From a virus, in the IMG/VR virus record IMGVR_UViG_3300028802_000398: DNA of 64,000 nt; one strand, given 5' to 3'. The position numbers and the translations under genes are program-made. Positions 25,390 to 32,507 of this stretch are shown one piece after another (the stretch's first letter is position 1; each line of letters starts with the position of its first letter). The notes below the pieces were generated by a model. It saw nothing but the letters and a program-made list of their open reading frames with translations. It was not told where the DNA came from and made no database searches.

Positions 25390-25935
25390 GTGACCTGTAT
25401 CGTCGCCCTGAAAGCCAAGAGAGGCTCTCGTCATCAAGTCGTGATGGGCGGCGACTCAGCCGGCGTCGCCCACCTTGATGTCACTCTTCGGAAGGACCCT
25501 AAGGTATTCCGGAACGGGGAGTGCGTGATTGGCTATACCAGCAGCTTCCGCATGGGTCAGCTGCTGCGGTTTAAGTTTAGACCGCCGTTGATGAAGCAAG
25601 GCACGGACACGTTCCGATACATGTGCACGAGCTTTGTTGATGAGGTGCGCCGAACGCTCAAGCGGGGCGGGTTCTCCGAGGTGGACAATAATGTCGAGCG
25701 GGGCGGCCATTTCCTGGTTGGTTTTCGGGGTCGTATCTTTGAGGTCGCCTCGGATTTTCAGGTCGGAGAAGCCGTCGCGGACTATGCCGCCCTAGGGTGT
25801 GGTGACTCTTACGCGCTGGGGGCTCTGGAGGCATCGGCTGTCATCGATCCTGAAAATAGGGTTAGGCAAGCGCTCGCGGTAGCCGAGAAATTCTCCGGGG
25901 GAGTTAGACCGCCATTCATCGTGCTACGCGCATGA
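25390..25935 (+). CDS. HslV/proteasome-beta-like Ntn peptidase
   Basis: N-terminal MTCIV (Thr nucleophile), GGDS, KVF, ALGCG..ALG, closing strand PPFIV. Confidence 0.75.
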   Translation: MTCIVALKAKRGSRHQVVMGGDSAGVAHLDVTLRKDPKVFRNGECVIGYTSSFRMGQLLRFKFRPPLMKQGTDTFRYMCTSFVDEVRRTLKRGGFSEVDNNVERGGHFLVGFRGRIFEVASDFQVGEAVADYAALGCGDSYALGALEASAVIDPENRVRQALAVAEKFSGGVRPPFIVLRA

Positions 25936-26093
25936 AGGACCCAAGAACTTAGTCCGAGACGACGCGGTAAGGTCTTATCTCGTTAGGGGTAAGATGGTAC
26001 TTGGATTACCTTGTATCACAAAATCCTGTCTCTATGAAAAAAGGATTCTAGGGGAAGGTTGCATGGCGTGGTTGTGCGGCTAGCATCTTCTCT

Positions 26094-26402
26094 ATGAATA
26101 GAGACACTCACGCGGCCCCCCAAGCACTGAGGATGCGGGACGATGCTCGGGGATGTCGTGCAAAATACTCCAATGTATCCTATGTGCACTCTCGTGCACG
26201 CTGCGACCATGATGATTGTGGAGAGTGCCGTCGGTGCAATCTATGGATTTGCGTGCGCTGTGGAGGCGTCGAGGGCACCCTAACCAAGGCCGGTTGTCCT
26301 GGGTTTCAGCTCACGCAGGAAGAGCTGGACTTGGTTTTCGAGGGGTGGCTTTCGGCCCGTGATGTCCTGGAGCTGCGGCTGGCCTCGGAAAAAGAACTAT
26401 GA
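26094..26402 (+). CDS. Small Cys-rich (Zn-finger) protein
   Basis: CxHxxCxxCxxCxxxxCxxC pattern. Confidence 0.5.
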   Translation: MNRDTHAAPQALRMRDDARGCRAKYSNVSYVHSRARCDHDDCGECRRCNLWICVRCGGVEGTLTKAGCPGFQLTQEELDLVFEGWLSARDVLELRLASEKEL

Positions 26403-26410
26403 TTCGACGT

Positions 26411-26485
26411 GCGGGGTTAACTCAGTGGTAGAGTGGTTGTCCTACAAACAACTGGCCGGGGGTTCGAGTCCCTCACCCCGTACCA
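26411..26485 (+). tRNA. tRNA-Val(TAC)
   Basis: GCGGGGT/ACCCCGT, GTTGT-CCTACAA-ACAAC, CCA. Confidence 0.9.
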
Positions 26486-26487
26486 AT

Positions 26488-26561
26488 GCGGACGTATCCC
26501 AACTGGCAGAGGAAGTACGTTGAGTACGTACCAAGTGAGGGTTCGACTCCCTTCGTCCGCA
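26488..26561 (+). tRNA. tRNA-Leu(GAG), short variable loop
   Basis: GCGGACG/CGTCCGC, GTACG-TTGAGTA-CGTAC. Confidence 0.85.
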
Positions 26562-26573
26562 CTATTTTCGCAT

Positions 26574-26657
26574 GCGAGCGTGGCGTAACGGAAAACGCGG
26601 TCGGCTCAAACCCGGCTACCCTAGAGGCACCTGCAGGTTCGACTCCTGTCGCTCGCA
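26574..26657 (+). tRNA. tRNA-Leu(CAA)
   Basis: GCGAGCG/CGCTCGC, GTCGG-CTCAAAC-CCGGC, variable arm present. Confidence 0.88.
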
Positions 26658-26664
26658 CTATTTT

Positions 26665-26740
26665 GCCCACGTAGCCCAATCGGCAGGAGGCAGCGCACTT
26701 AAAACGCGTTCAAGTGAGAGTTCGAGTCTCTCCGTGGGTA
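26665..26740 (+). tRNA. tRNA-Leu(TAA), short variable loop
   Basis: GCCCACG/CGTGGGT, loop CTTAAAA. Confidence 0.85.
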
Positions 26741-26744
26741 CTTC

Positions 26745-26818
26745 GCCCTTATAGCATAGTGGAATTGCACCGCTCTGGTACGGCGGTGGCCCGAGTTCGA
26801 TCCTCGGTGAGGGCTCCA
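26745..26818 (+). tRNA. tRNA-Thr(GGT)
   Basis: GCCCTTA/TGAGGGC, CCGCT-CTGGTAC-GGCGG, TCCA. Confidence 0.9.
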
Positions 26819-26819
26819 T

Positions 26820-26896
26820 GGGACGTTAGCTCAACGGTCAGAGCGGCAAGCTTATATCTTGTGTCATTTGAGAAGGTTCAACTCCTTCACGTCCTA
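26820..26896 (+). tRNA. tRNA-Ile(TAT)
   Basis: GGGACGT/ACGTCCT, GCAAG-CTTATAT-CTTGT. Confidence 0.82.
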
Positions 26897-26900
26897 CCGA

Positions 26901-26990
26901 GGAAGATAAACCGGAAAGGCTAGCCGGTCCCCGTTGGAAGCGGGTGAGTGCCCGAAAGGGTATGGGCTTCGAATGCTCTGTCTTCCGCCA
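26901..26990 (+). tRNA. tRNA-Ser(GGA)
   Basis: GGAAGAT/GTCTTCC, loop TTGGAAG, long variable arm, GCCA. Confidence 0.85.
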
Positions 26991-27031
26991 CGGGCTACGG
27001 TAAAGCTCTTGTTTGTCGACATTCTGTGCGA

Positions 27032-27053
27032 GGCGCGGCGGTGGGTCCGAGCC
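27032..27053 (+). promoter_or_regulatory. Conserved 5' leader element, copy 1
   Basis: GGCGCGGCGGTGGGTCCGAGCC; 20/22 identical to 43039-43060 (minus strand). Confidence 0.6.
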
Positions 27054-27068
27054 CAAAGGATTTGACCG

Positions 27069-27806
27069 ATGCACAAGATTGCCAACACTAGTGAGCTTCA
27101 ATCCGAGCTACGCCGCCTCTTGGCGTATGCGCAGAGCCAACATCCTTCACGTGTTGCGCTAGCCAGTGCTTGTCAGGAGCTTGGCGAACGAGTCGCCGGG
27201 CAACGTGAGGCAGCCGCGCCATCCACCTTTCGATACGTGCCGCCGCAAGCCCGAGACAAGGCCCCGGTTGACCCGGAAGGCACGGACGTAGCGGCCTGGA
27301 CGTATGAAGTGCCCGACACGAGAGGCCGCATCATCTATTACGCGATCGCGTTTGTCGGCAAGCAGAGCAAGCCGATCTGGCACCACTCGTTCGGGACCCG
27401 TGAGAATGACCGCGACAATGCTATCCGCGAGCTTATCGAAAGCCGCAAAGAGCGCATTAAATCCAAGGAGAAGGAACGGGAGGAGAAGCGAAGCTTCAAG
27501 ACTGACCTGTTCATGGGCGACATCCTCTATTCGAGCTGGGGTTACGAGCAGACGAACGTTGATTGGTATGAAGTCATCGAGGTCACCGGCCCTCAATCAG
27601 TCATAATCCGCGAGATCGGCGCAAAGGTGGTGCGTTCTGATAGTGTAGGGAATGACTACGTGGCTGGGGTTCCTGGGAACTATATTGGCCCGGAAATGAA
27701 GAAGCGTGTGGCGCGAGGTGACACGATCAAGATCACCAGCTTTGCCAGTGCCTCCAAATGGGATGGCAAGCCTAGATATCAGACCGGCGGTCACGGCGGT
27801 CACTGA
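27069..27806 (+). CDS. Hypothetical protein with KIANTxELQxELRR N-terminal module
   Basis: First ~45 aa shared with 42620-43015; unrelated C-terminal domains (GDILYSSWGYEQTNVDWY). Confidence 0.75.
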   Translation: MHKIANTSELQSELRRLLAYAQSQHPSRVALASACQELGERVAGQREAAAPSTFRYVPPQARDKAPVDPEGTDVAAWTYEVPDTRGRIIYYAIAFVGKQSKPIWHHSFGTRENDRDNAIRELIESRKERIKSKEKEREEKRSFKTDLFMGDILYSSWGYEQTNVDWYEVIEVTGPQSVIIREIGAKVVRSDSVGNDYVAGVPGNYIGPEMKKRVARGDTIKITSFASASKWDGKPRYQTGGHGGH

Positions 27807-27817
27807 TAGAGATACTT

Positions 27818-27891
27818 GCGGGTAAGATGTAACGGCTGCATGACTGGCTTCCAACCAGTTCGAGTGGGTTCGACCCCCTCTACCCGCACCA
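27818..27891 (+). tRNA. tRNA-Gly(TCC)
   Basis: GCGGGTA/TACCCGC, CTGG-CTTCCAA-CCAG, CCA. Confidence 0.9.
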
Positions 27892-27892
27892 A

Positions 27893-27963
27893 GCGAGCAT
27901 CGTTCAGTGGCAGGATGGCTGCTTCCCAAGCAATAGACGCGGGTCCGATTCCCGCTGCTCGCA
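27893..27963 (+). tRNA. tRNA-Gly(CCC)
   Basis: GCGAGCA/TGCTCGC, loop TTCCCAA; T-loop TCCGATT. Confidence 0.8.
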
Positions 27964-27972
27964 CTAGATAAC

Positions 27973-28043
27973 GGCGCGGTGGTCGAGTGGTTAGGCAGCT
28001 GGTTGCAACCCAGCCTACGTCGGTTCGATCCCGGCCCGCGCCT
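27973..28043 (+). tRNA. tRNA-Cys(GCA)
   Basis: GGCGCGG/CCGCGCC, GCTGG-TTGCAAC-CCAGC, U73. Confidence 0.9.
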
Positions 28044-28061
28044 CCGGTGTAGTGACACCAT

Positions 28062-28137
28062 GCTCCCGTAGCTCAGAGGAAGAGCGCCGAGTTTCTACCT
28101 CGGGACCGCGAGGGTTCGATTCCTTCCGGGAGCGCCA
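28062..28137 (+). tRNA. tRNA-Arg(TCT)
   Basis: GCTCCCG/CGGGAGC, CCGAG-TTTCTAC-CTCGG, GCCA. Confidence 0.92.
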
Positions 28138-28142
28138 CGAAT

Positions 28143-28213
28143 GCCCTCGCAGCTCGATGGACGAGCGGCGGTTTCCTAAGCCGATGGTGAAGGTTCAATT
28201 CCTTCCGGGGGCG
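28143..28213 (+). tRNA. tRNA-Arg(CCT)
   Basis: GCCCTCG/CGGGGGC, loop TTCCTAA. Confidence 0.85.
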
Positions 28214-28215
28214 CT

Positions 28216-28404
28216 ATGTTGCGAGTCTTTCAACCATCTGAGAAGGAGCACAAGGCGCTCGTCGCTTTTGAAAAGCGCCACTCCCGGAAGTGCCAAGGCT
28301 CGATGGAGGTGACCTTCACCATCACTGGTATCGGCCTCGGGGTCCACGTGCGTTGCAGTCACTGCCACAAAGAGAAGGACGCCACGGACTACGATTCCTG
28401 GTGA
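28216..28404 (+). CDS. Small Zn-ribbon-like protein
   Basis: HSRKC ... CSHC, DATDYDSW end. Confidence 0.6.
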   Translation: MLRVFQPSEKEHKALVAFEKRHSRKCQGSMEVTFTITGIGLGVHVRCSHCHKEKDATDYDSW

Positions 28405-28407
28405 CAT

Positions 28408-28481
28408 GTCCTCGTCGCCCAAAGGATGGGCACCGGCCTCCGAAGCCGGCTGTGAAGGTTCGAGTCCTTCCGGGGACGCCA
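28408..28481 (+). tRNA. tRNA-Arg(CCG)
   Basis: GTCCTCG/CGGGGAC, CCGGC-CTCCGAA-GCCGG, GCCA. Confidence 0.92.
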
Positions 28482-28504
28482 GCCATTGTCACAGCACGCC
28501 CCTC

Positions 28505-28906
28505 TCAAAATACGAAGTACGCACTCAGAAATGGCGTGGGTCGCCATTTTTGCCAGGGCGTGTTGGCCAGGATTGCTAGGCCGAAGTGCGGAGTTACGTC
28601 ATGGCCGAGACCTATTCCAACGGAGCGAAAGCTTGAGAACGCGTTCAGGTTAGCGCGGTAGAAGTGGAATGGCTCAATCATTATTCCGACGTCCCCGGAG
28701 TCAAGAAATCTCCGTCCGTCGACTATGTCGCGAGCGTGGACGCCAACAGCAGCTTTCAAGCGAAGCTCGAAGCCGAATTTGTGCTCTGTGTCGGAATGGT
28801 GGCGTGGGGTTGATGTCACTTCCGTCGCAGCAGCGGTGTCTTCCTGCGCGTTAGCAGAGAAGGGTGCAACGAGGGCTAATAGTAGAGCGAGACCTATGGT
28901 GCGCAT
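28505..28906 (-). CDS. Exported protein, possible small outer-membrane beta protein
   Basis: Sec signal MRTIGLALLLALVAPFSANA; alternating beta strands; C-terminal Phe (SAYFVF). Confidence 0.55.
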   Translation of the reverse strand: MRTIGLALLLALVAPFSANAQEDTAAATEVTSTPRHHSDTEHKFGFELRLKAAVGVHARDIVDGRRFLDSGDVGIMIEPFHFYRANLNAFSSFRSVGIGLGHDVTPHFGLAILANTPWQKWRPTPFLSAYFVF

Positions 28907-28970
28907 ACCTAAGTCCCCACATCAGAAATTTATGGGGCCATTTCAGGTCCCGTCCTTTCTGGTACGCTAT

Positions 28971-29046
28971 GCCCGCGAAGCTCAAAAGGACGAGCGCTGC
29001 GCTTCGAACGCAGAAGTTGGGAGTTCAAGTCTCTCCGCGGGCGCCA
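28971..29046 (+). tRNA. tRNA-Arg(TCG)
   Basis: GCCCGCG/CGCGGGC, CTGCG-CTTCGAA-CGCAG, GCCA. Confidence 0.92.
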
Positions 29047-29053
29047 TGGTGTA

Positions 29054-29350
29054 GTGACCCTTGTGAACCAAGCAGTCTCCGACAAGATTAGAGAGCTACG
29101 GCACCTCATGGAGCACGCCACTGAAGCGGATCGGCACAAGGTCCCTGAGATGAATCAGTGGTTTGACTCGTATCTGGTGAGCGTCCACCCGGCAGAGGCC
29201 CGTGCTGTGCGGGCGGAGATCCGCAAGTTGTGGCCAACGTGTGCCATGCTCTTGATGAAGCATGCAGAGTCCCAGGACCCGGAGACCGTCGCCGCGGCGG
29301 TTCTTGAGCTGGAGAAGATTAGGTCGCTCCGAGAGGGCGGCAAGAATTAG
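29054..29350 (+). CDS. Hypothetical helical protein
   Basis: 98-aa ORF after a GGTGTA motif; start may be GTG 29063. Confidence 0.55.
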   Translation: MTLVNQAVSDKIRELRHLMEHATEADRHKVPEMNQWFDSYLVSVHPAEARAVRAEIRKLWPTCAMLLMKHAESQDPETVAAAVLELEKIRSLREGGKN

Positions 29351-29354
29351 ACAT

Positions 29355-29445
29355 GGAAGTCGAATCGGCCAAGGGGCCGAGCCCGTTTCGAAAGCGGTGC
29401 GAACCTCGTGAGGGGTTTGGGGATCGTTACCTCCGATTTCCGCCA
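29355..29445 (+). tRNA. tRNA-Ser(CGA)
   Basis: GGAAGTC/GATTTCC, loop TTCGAAA, long variable arm, GCCA; T-loop ATCGTTA. Confidence 0.8.
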
Positions 29446-29446
29446 C

Positions 29447-29531
29447 GGAAGATCAACTCGCAAGGTGCGGGACCCGCCTTGAAAGCGGTGGGCAGGCGAA
29501 AGTCTGTGGGGGTCAGGACCTCGATCTTCCG
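29447..29531 (+). tRNA. tRNA-Ser(TGA), atypical T-loop
   Basis: GGAAGAT/ATCTTCC, CCGC-CTTGAAA-GCGG, variable arm; T-loop TCAGGA. Confidence 0.7.
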
Positions 29532-29540
29532 CTAGTGTTT

Positions 29541-29629
29541 GGAGAGTGAATTCGCCGTGGGGCGAAGCCTGTTTGCTAAACAGTGCGGACCTGAAAGGGT
29601 CTGGAGTTCGAGCCTTCCTCTCTCCGCCA
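29541..29629 (+). tRNA. tRNA-Ser(GCT)
   Basis: GGAGAG/CTCTCC, CTGT-TTGCTAA-ACAG, variable arm, GCCA. Confidence 0.85.
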
Positions 29630-29663
29630 AAAGTCGCGAATGGTTTTATGCCCCTGCAAGGAC

Positions 29664-30050
29664 ATGGATCCCAGACAAGCTTTCGAGAACGCGCTAGCCG
29701 TGGACCGGGTAGCTCAACGCTTCGCCGCAGAAGATGAAGCGCCTGCTGAGGGCAAGAAAAAGAGCGATAAGCCGAAGACGTTTGAGGCAGCTCGGACCCG
29801 TCTGCTCGATCACCTTGAATCCAAGGGCTGGAAACTTTCGAGCCGAAGTCTGAAGATCCCGTATGCGACGTCTCCGAACGGTGAAGATCGTCTGTGGTTC
29901 AAGACGCGGGCTGTGTATAAGACGCACAGCAGAGGCGGCAGTCGCGGGTACGGGCATGAGTTCAAAGATGCGCGGTCTATTTCTTACGACACCGACGATT
30001 TGAAGAACATGTCCCCCGAAGACTATTTGCGACAAGCCATCCGTGCGTAG
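29664..30050 (+). CDS. Hypothetical protein with RVAQRF N-terminal motif
   Basis: AVDRVAQRFAAED; GTTTTAT 14 nt upstream. Confidence 0.7.
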   Translation: MDPRQAFENALAVDRVAQRFAAEDEAPAEGKKKSDKPKTFEAARTRLLDHLESKGWKLSSRSLKIPYATSPNGEDRLWFKTRAVYKTHSRGGSRGYGHEFKDARSISYDTDDLKNMSPEDYLRQAIRA

Positions 30051-30081
30051 TGAATGAGTGCGGCTGTTGACAACTGATTAT

Positions 30082-30155
30082 TGGGGCGCGCCACGGGCTG
30101 GTGGCCGGGTCTCTGACACCCGTGCTTGAGAGTTCGAGTCTCTCCGCCCCAACCA
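30082..30155 (+). tRNA. tRNA-Gln(CTG)
   Basis: TGGGGCG/CGCCCCA, CGGGT-CTCTGAC-ACCCG, CCA. Confidence 0.88.
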
Positions 30156-30157
30156 AG

Positions 30158-31432
30158 ATGATGGAAGCGAACTCGATAGCTTTACGTGTGGCGACTCGTT
30201 ACGTGCAGGCGCTGGTGATGCCTCCGCGGCAGATCTTGTCCTACATAAGCAAGTTCGAGCGGGCGTTCAAGGATGCGTTGGCTACGTACCGCGATTCAGT
30301 CGGGGGCCTCCGCAGTGCCTACGATGATGCTGGCGAAAACAAGTACCTTTGCGAAGGCCTGCTGAAGGAACTCGGAACTAATCCGATATCTAGCTCTTAC
30401 GGAAGGGTGGCGAACGAGGTGTTTCGAGACGTGCTTGATGCGCTCGATATCTTCCAAGCCAACGTAGAGAAGAATAAGGTCACCAAGCTCCGCAACATGG
30501 ACGCTACACCACGGGCTTTGGTGGAGGCATTGGGGAGGGTTTTGCGGCCAGATAGCCCGCTGCAGAAGATCAAGCAGGACTTCGAACCGCATCGTGTCGC
30601 CAACACGATCCGGGACTCAAGTGATGGCTACGTGTGGAATGAGAAGTATGAAGAGGGGGTCCCACCAGCGTTTGTAGCTGTAGTGGAAGCGATCCATCGC
30701 GAGGCTGACGAGCTGCTGTCTCTGGTCGAGACGACTCACAAGCACATCGCCGCGTTTGTGACTGGTGATGTGCAGCCCGAGAAAGTCGAGGTTCTGTACC
30801 ACGCATCCGTGAAGGCTCGTGATATCTACCAGAACGGATTCTCTGCGGAGGTGCCCAAGGATCAGTTGGGCCTTGGCGGATCGCAGTCCACGAGAGGGAA
30901 GGGGGACGGGATCTCGTTTACGTATGACCTGAAAGCCGCACTAGACATTGCCCGCTCGTTCAAGGAGGCGGCGATGATCGCAGTGGGTGACATCAAGGCG
31001 AGCACGATCCTGGATTGGGGCTTGCGTGAAACCGAGATGGAAGAGTTTCTCCTGCACTTGAAGGTCAAGGCGGAGAAGCAGCACTTCAGAGAACGCGTGA
31101 AGATCGACCGAGAGGGCGGGCGGTGGGTCGTCCTGCAGGATGACGAGGAGGGTAAGCTGGTCGAAAAGGGCATTGACCAGATTTTCAAGACGCCGATAGA
31201 GGTCTTCAATGTCTATGATGCCTACCTCTGGGCGCACCCTACGCGGCTGAACCCGGTTCACATGAATCGGTACAAGCTGATCGACTACCTCAAGAATGCT
31301 GACCCGAAGGACATCGGAGTCGTCTCGGCCGAAGTGGATATGACCAACCCAGATATCTCGACGCATGGTGGGGAGCGCGAGTTCCGTGTCCCGCCAGCCG
31401 CTGTGATCAAAGTCACCAAGTTTTACTCTTAG
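30158..31432 (+). CDS. Putative ADP-ribosyltransferase-fold protein, RVATRY motif
   Basis: LYHAS...GF...GLGG...ISFTYD...EREFRVPP; C-terminal half paralogous to 44945-46177. Confidence 0.6.
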   Translation: MMEANSIALRVATRYVQALVMPPRQILSYISKFERAFKDALATYRDSVGGLRSAYDDAGENKYLCEGLLKELGTNPISSSYGRVANEVFRDVLDALDIFQANVEKNKVTKLRNMDATPRALVEALGRVLRPDSPLQKIKQDFEPHRVANTIRDSSDGYVWNEKYEEGVPPAFVAVVEAIHREADELLSLVETTHKHIAAFVTGDVQPEKVEVLYHASVKARDIYQNGFSAEVPKDQLGLGGSQSTRGKGDGISFTYDLKAALDIARSFKEAAMIAVGDIKASTILDWGLRETEMEEFLLHLKVKAEKQHFRERVKIDREGGRWVVLQDDEEGKLVEKGIDQIFKTPIEVFNVYDAYLWAHPTRLNPVHMNRYKLIDYLKNADPKDIGVVSAEVDMTNPDISTHGGEREFRVPPAAVIKVTKFYS

Positions 31433-31435
31433 TAT

Positions 31436-31506
31436 TGGAGTGAGCTGAGGCAGTCAGCGAGTCTTTGACACTCGTGAAGAGGGTTCGACTCCCTCCACTC
31501 CAACCA
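31436..31506 (+). tRNA. tRNA-Gln(TTG)
   Basis: TGGAGTG/CACTCCA, CGAGT-CTTTGAC-ACTCG, CCA. Confidence 0.88.
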
Positions 31507-31529
31507 AACGGTCGGTGTAATTGTGCCGT

Positions 31530-32099
31530 ATGTTGATCGGCAAGAACTCTACTCCTGCGGGAGTCGCGCCGGCTATCGCGCTCATCCAGCCTAGGTTCGC
31601 CTATAACGTCGGGATGGTCGTGCGATTGGCTAGCTGCTACGGCCTCAAGCAGGTCTGGTACACGGGCGACCGCGTTCGGATGGAGGTCGAGCGCCGCGGC
31701 AAGCTCCCACGTGAGGAGCGGATGAAGGGGTACAAGGAGGTCGAGATCGTTCAGTTCGATCGGCCGCTTGAGGAGTTTCGTGACTGCACCCCCGTCGCTG
31801 TAGAGGTCCGGCCCCAGTCGGAGCGGCTACAGGATTTTGAGCATCCGAGGAATGCCGTCTACGTGTTCGGCCCGGAGGATGGCTCGATCCCGCAGTCAGT
31901 GCTCCGGCACTGCCATCGCTTCGTTATCATCCCGACGCGCAACCGGTATTGCCTCAATCTCGCGACTGCCACAGCAACGATTCTTTGGGATCGGGCCGTC
32001 AAGCTCGGCGAGATTCCGGAAGAGGAGCCCGAGTTGCCGTACGTGGAGACGGACCCCAAGGGGATGGGGCTCTATGATGATCGTGGATGGCCGGGTTGA
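31530..32099 (+). CDS. SpoU/TrmH-family RNA 2'-O-methyltransferase
   Basis: P....NVG.VVR..., YVFGPEDG, IP....CLNLA (SPOUT motifs 1-3). Confidence 0.85.
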   Translation: MLIGKNSTPAGVAPAIALIQPRFAYNVGMVVRLASCYGLKQVWYTGDRVRMEVERRGKLPREERMKGYKEVEIVQFDRPLEEFRDCTPVAVEVRPQSERLQDFEHPRNAVYVFGPEDGSIPQSVLRHCHRFVIIPTRNRYCLNLATATATILWDRAVKLGEIPEEEPELPYVETDPKGMGLYDDRGWPG

Positions 32100-32404
32100 C
32101 GCCTTGGCAGCAGACTGTCTGGACAGACCTTTTCGCGATGCTTGAAGACATACGCAAGCACGTCCAGGACTGGGGGCGGGTCTATGCTTATGACGATCCC
32201 GTGAATCGCACGCTGTATTTTCGAAGTGCGGAGCGGCTGTGGGAGATCAGTTTGGCTGCGGTGAGCGTGGCCCGTCCGAGCAACCACTGGGAGGACTTTC
32301 TCTTCAAGCAGTTTCGCACTCAAGAAGGACGCGAGCGGCTCTTGAGGATCTTCGAGTGGGGGCGTCCGCGAAAGACGATCTGGCAGCACTTGAAAGAGGT
32401 GTAA
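32087..32404 (+). CDS. Hypothetical protein
   Basis: 105-aa ORF between the SPOUT gene and the vWA operon. Confidence 0.45.
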   Translation: MAGLTPWQQTVWTDLFAMLEDIRKHVQDWGRVYAYDDPVNRTLYFRSAERLWEISLAAVSVARPSNHWEDFLFKQFRTQEGRERLLRIFEWGRPRKTIWQHLKEV

Positions 32405-32507
32405 CGGCGACACGTTCTCGAATTCCTATATTCAGTTGCCACATCGAGGTTCACTCGCTGTGACACACAGGGCTCGCGTCGGCCTACTTAATTGGCGCGC
32501 AGATCGG

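Noticed and set aside
21747-25390. Integrated mobile element at tRNA-Ala
   Set aside because: No integrase or transposase, and no duplicated tRNA 3' end found after the kinase.
13000-32000. tmRNA, RNase P RNA or tRNA-Sec
   Set aside because: No tmRNA-like 5' end plus tag ORF, no RNase P core motifs and no TCA anticodon recognised by eye.
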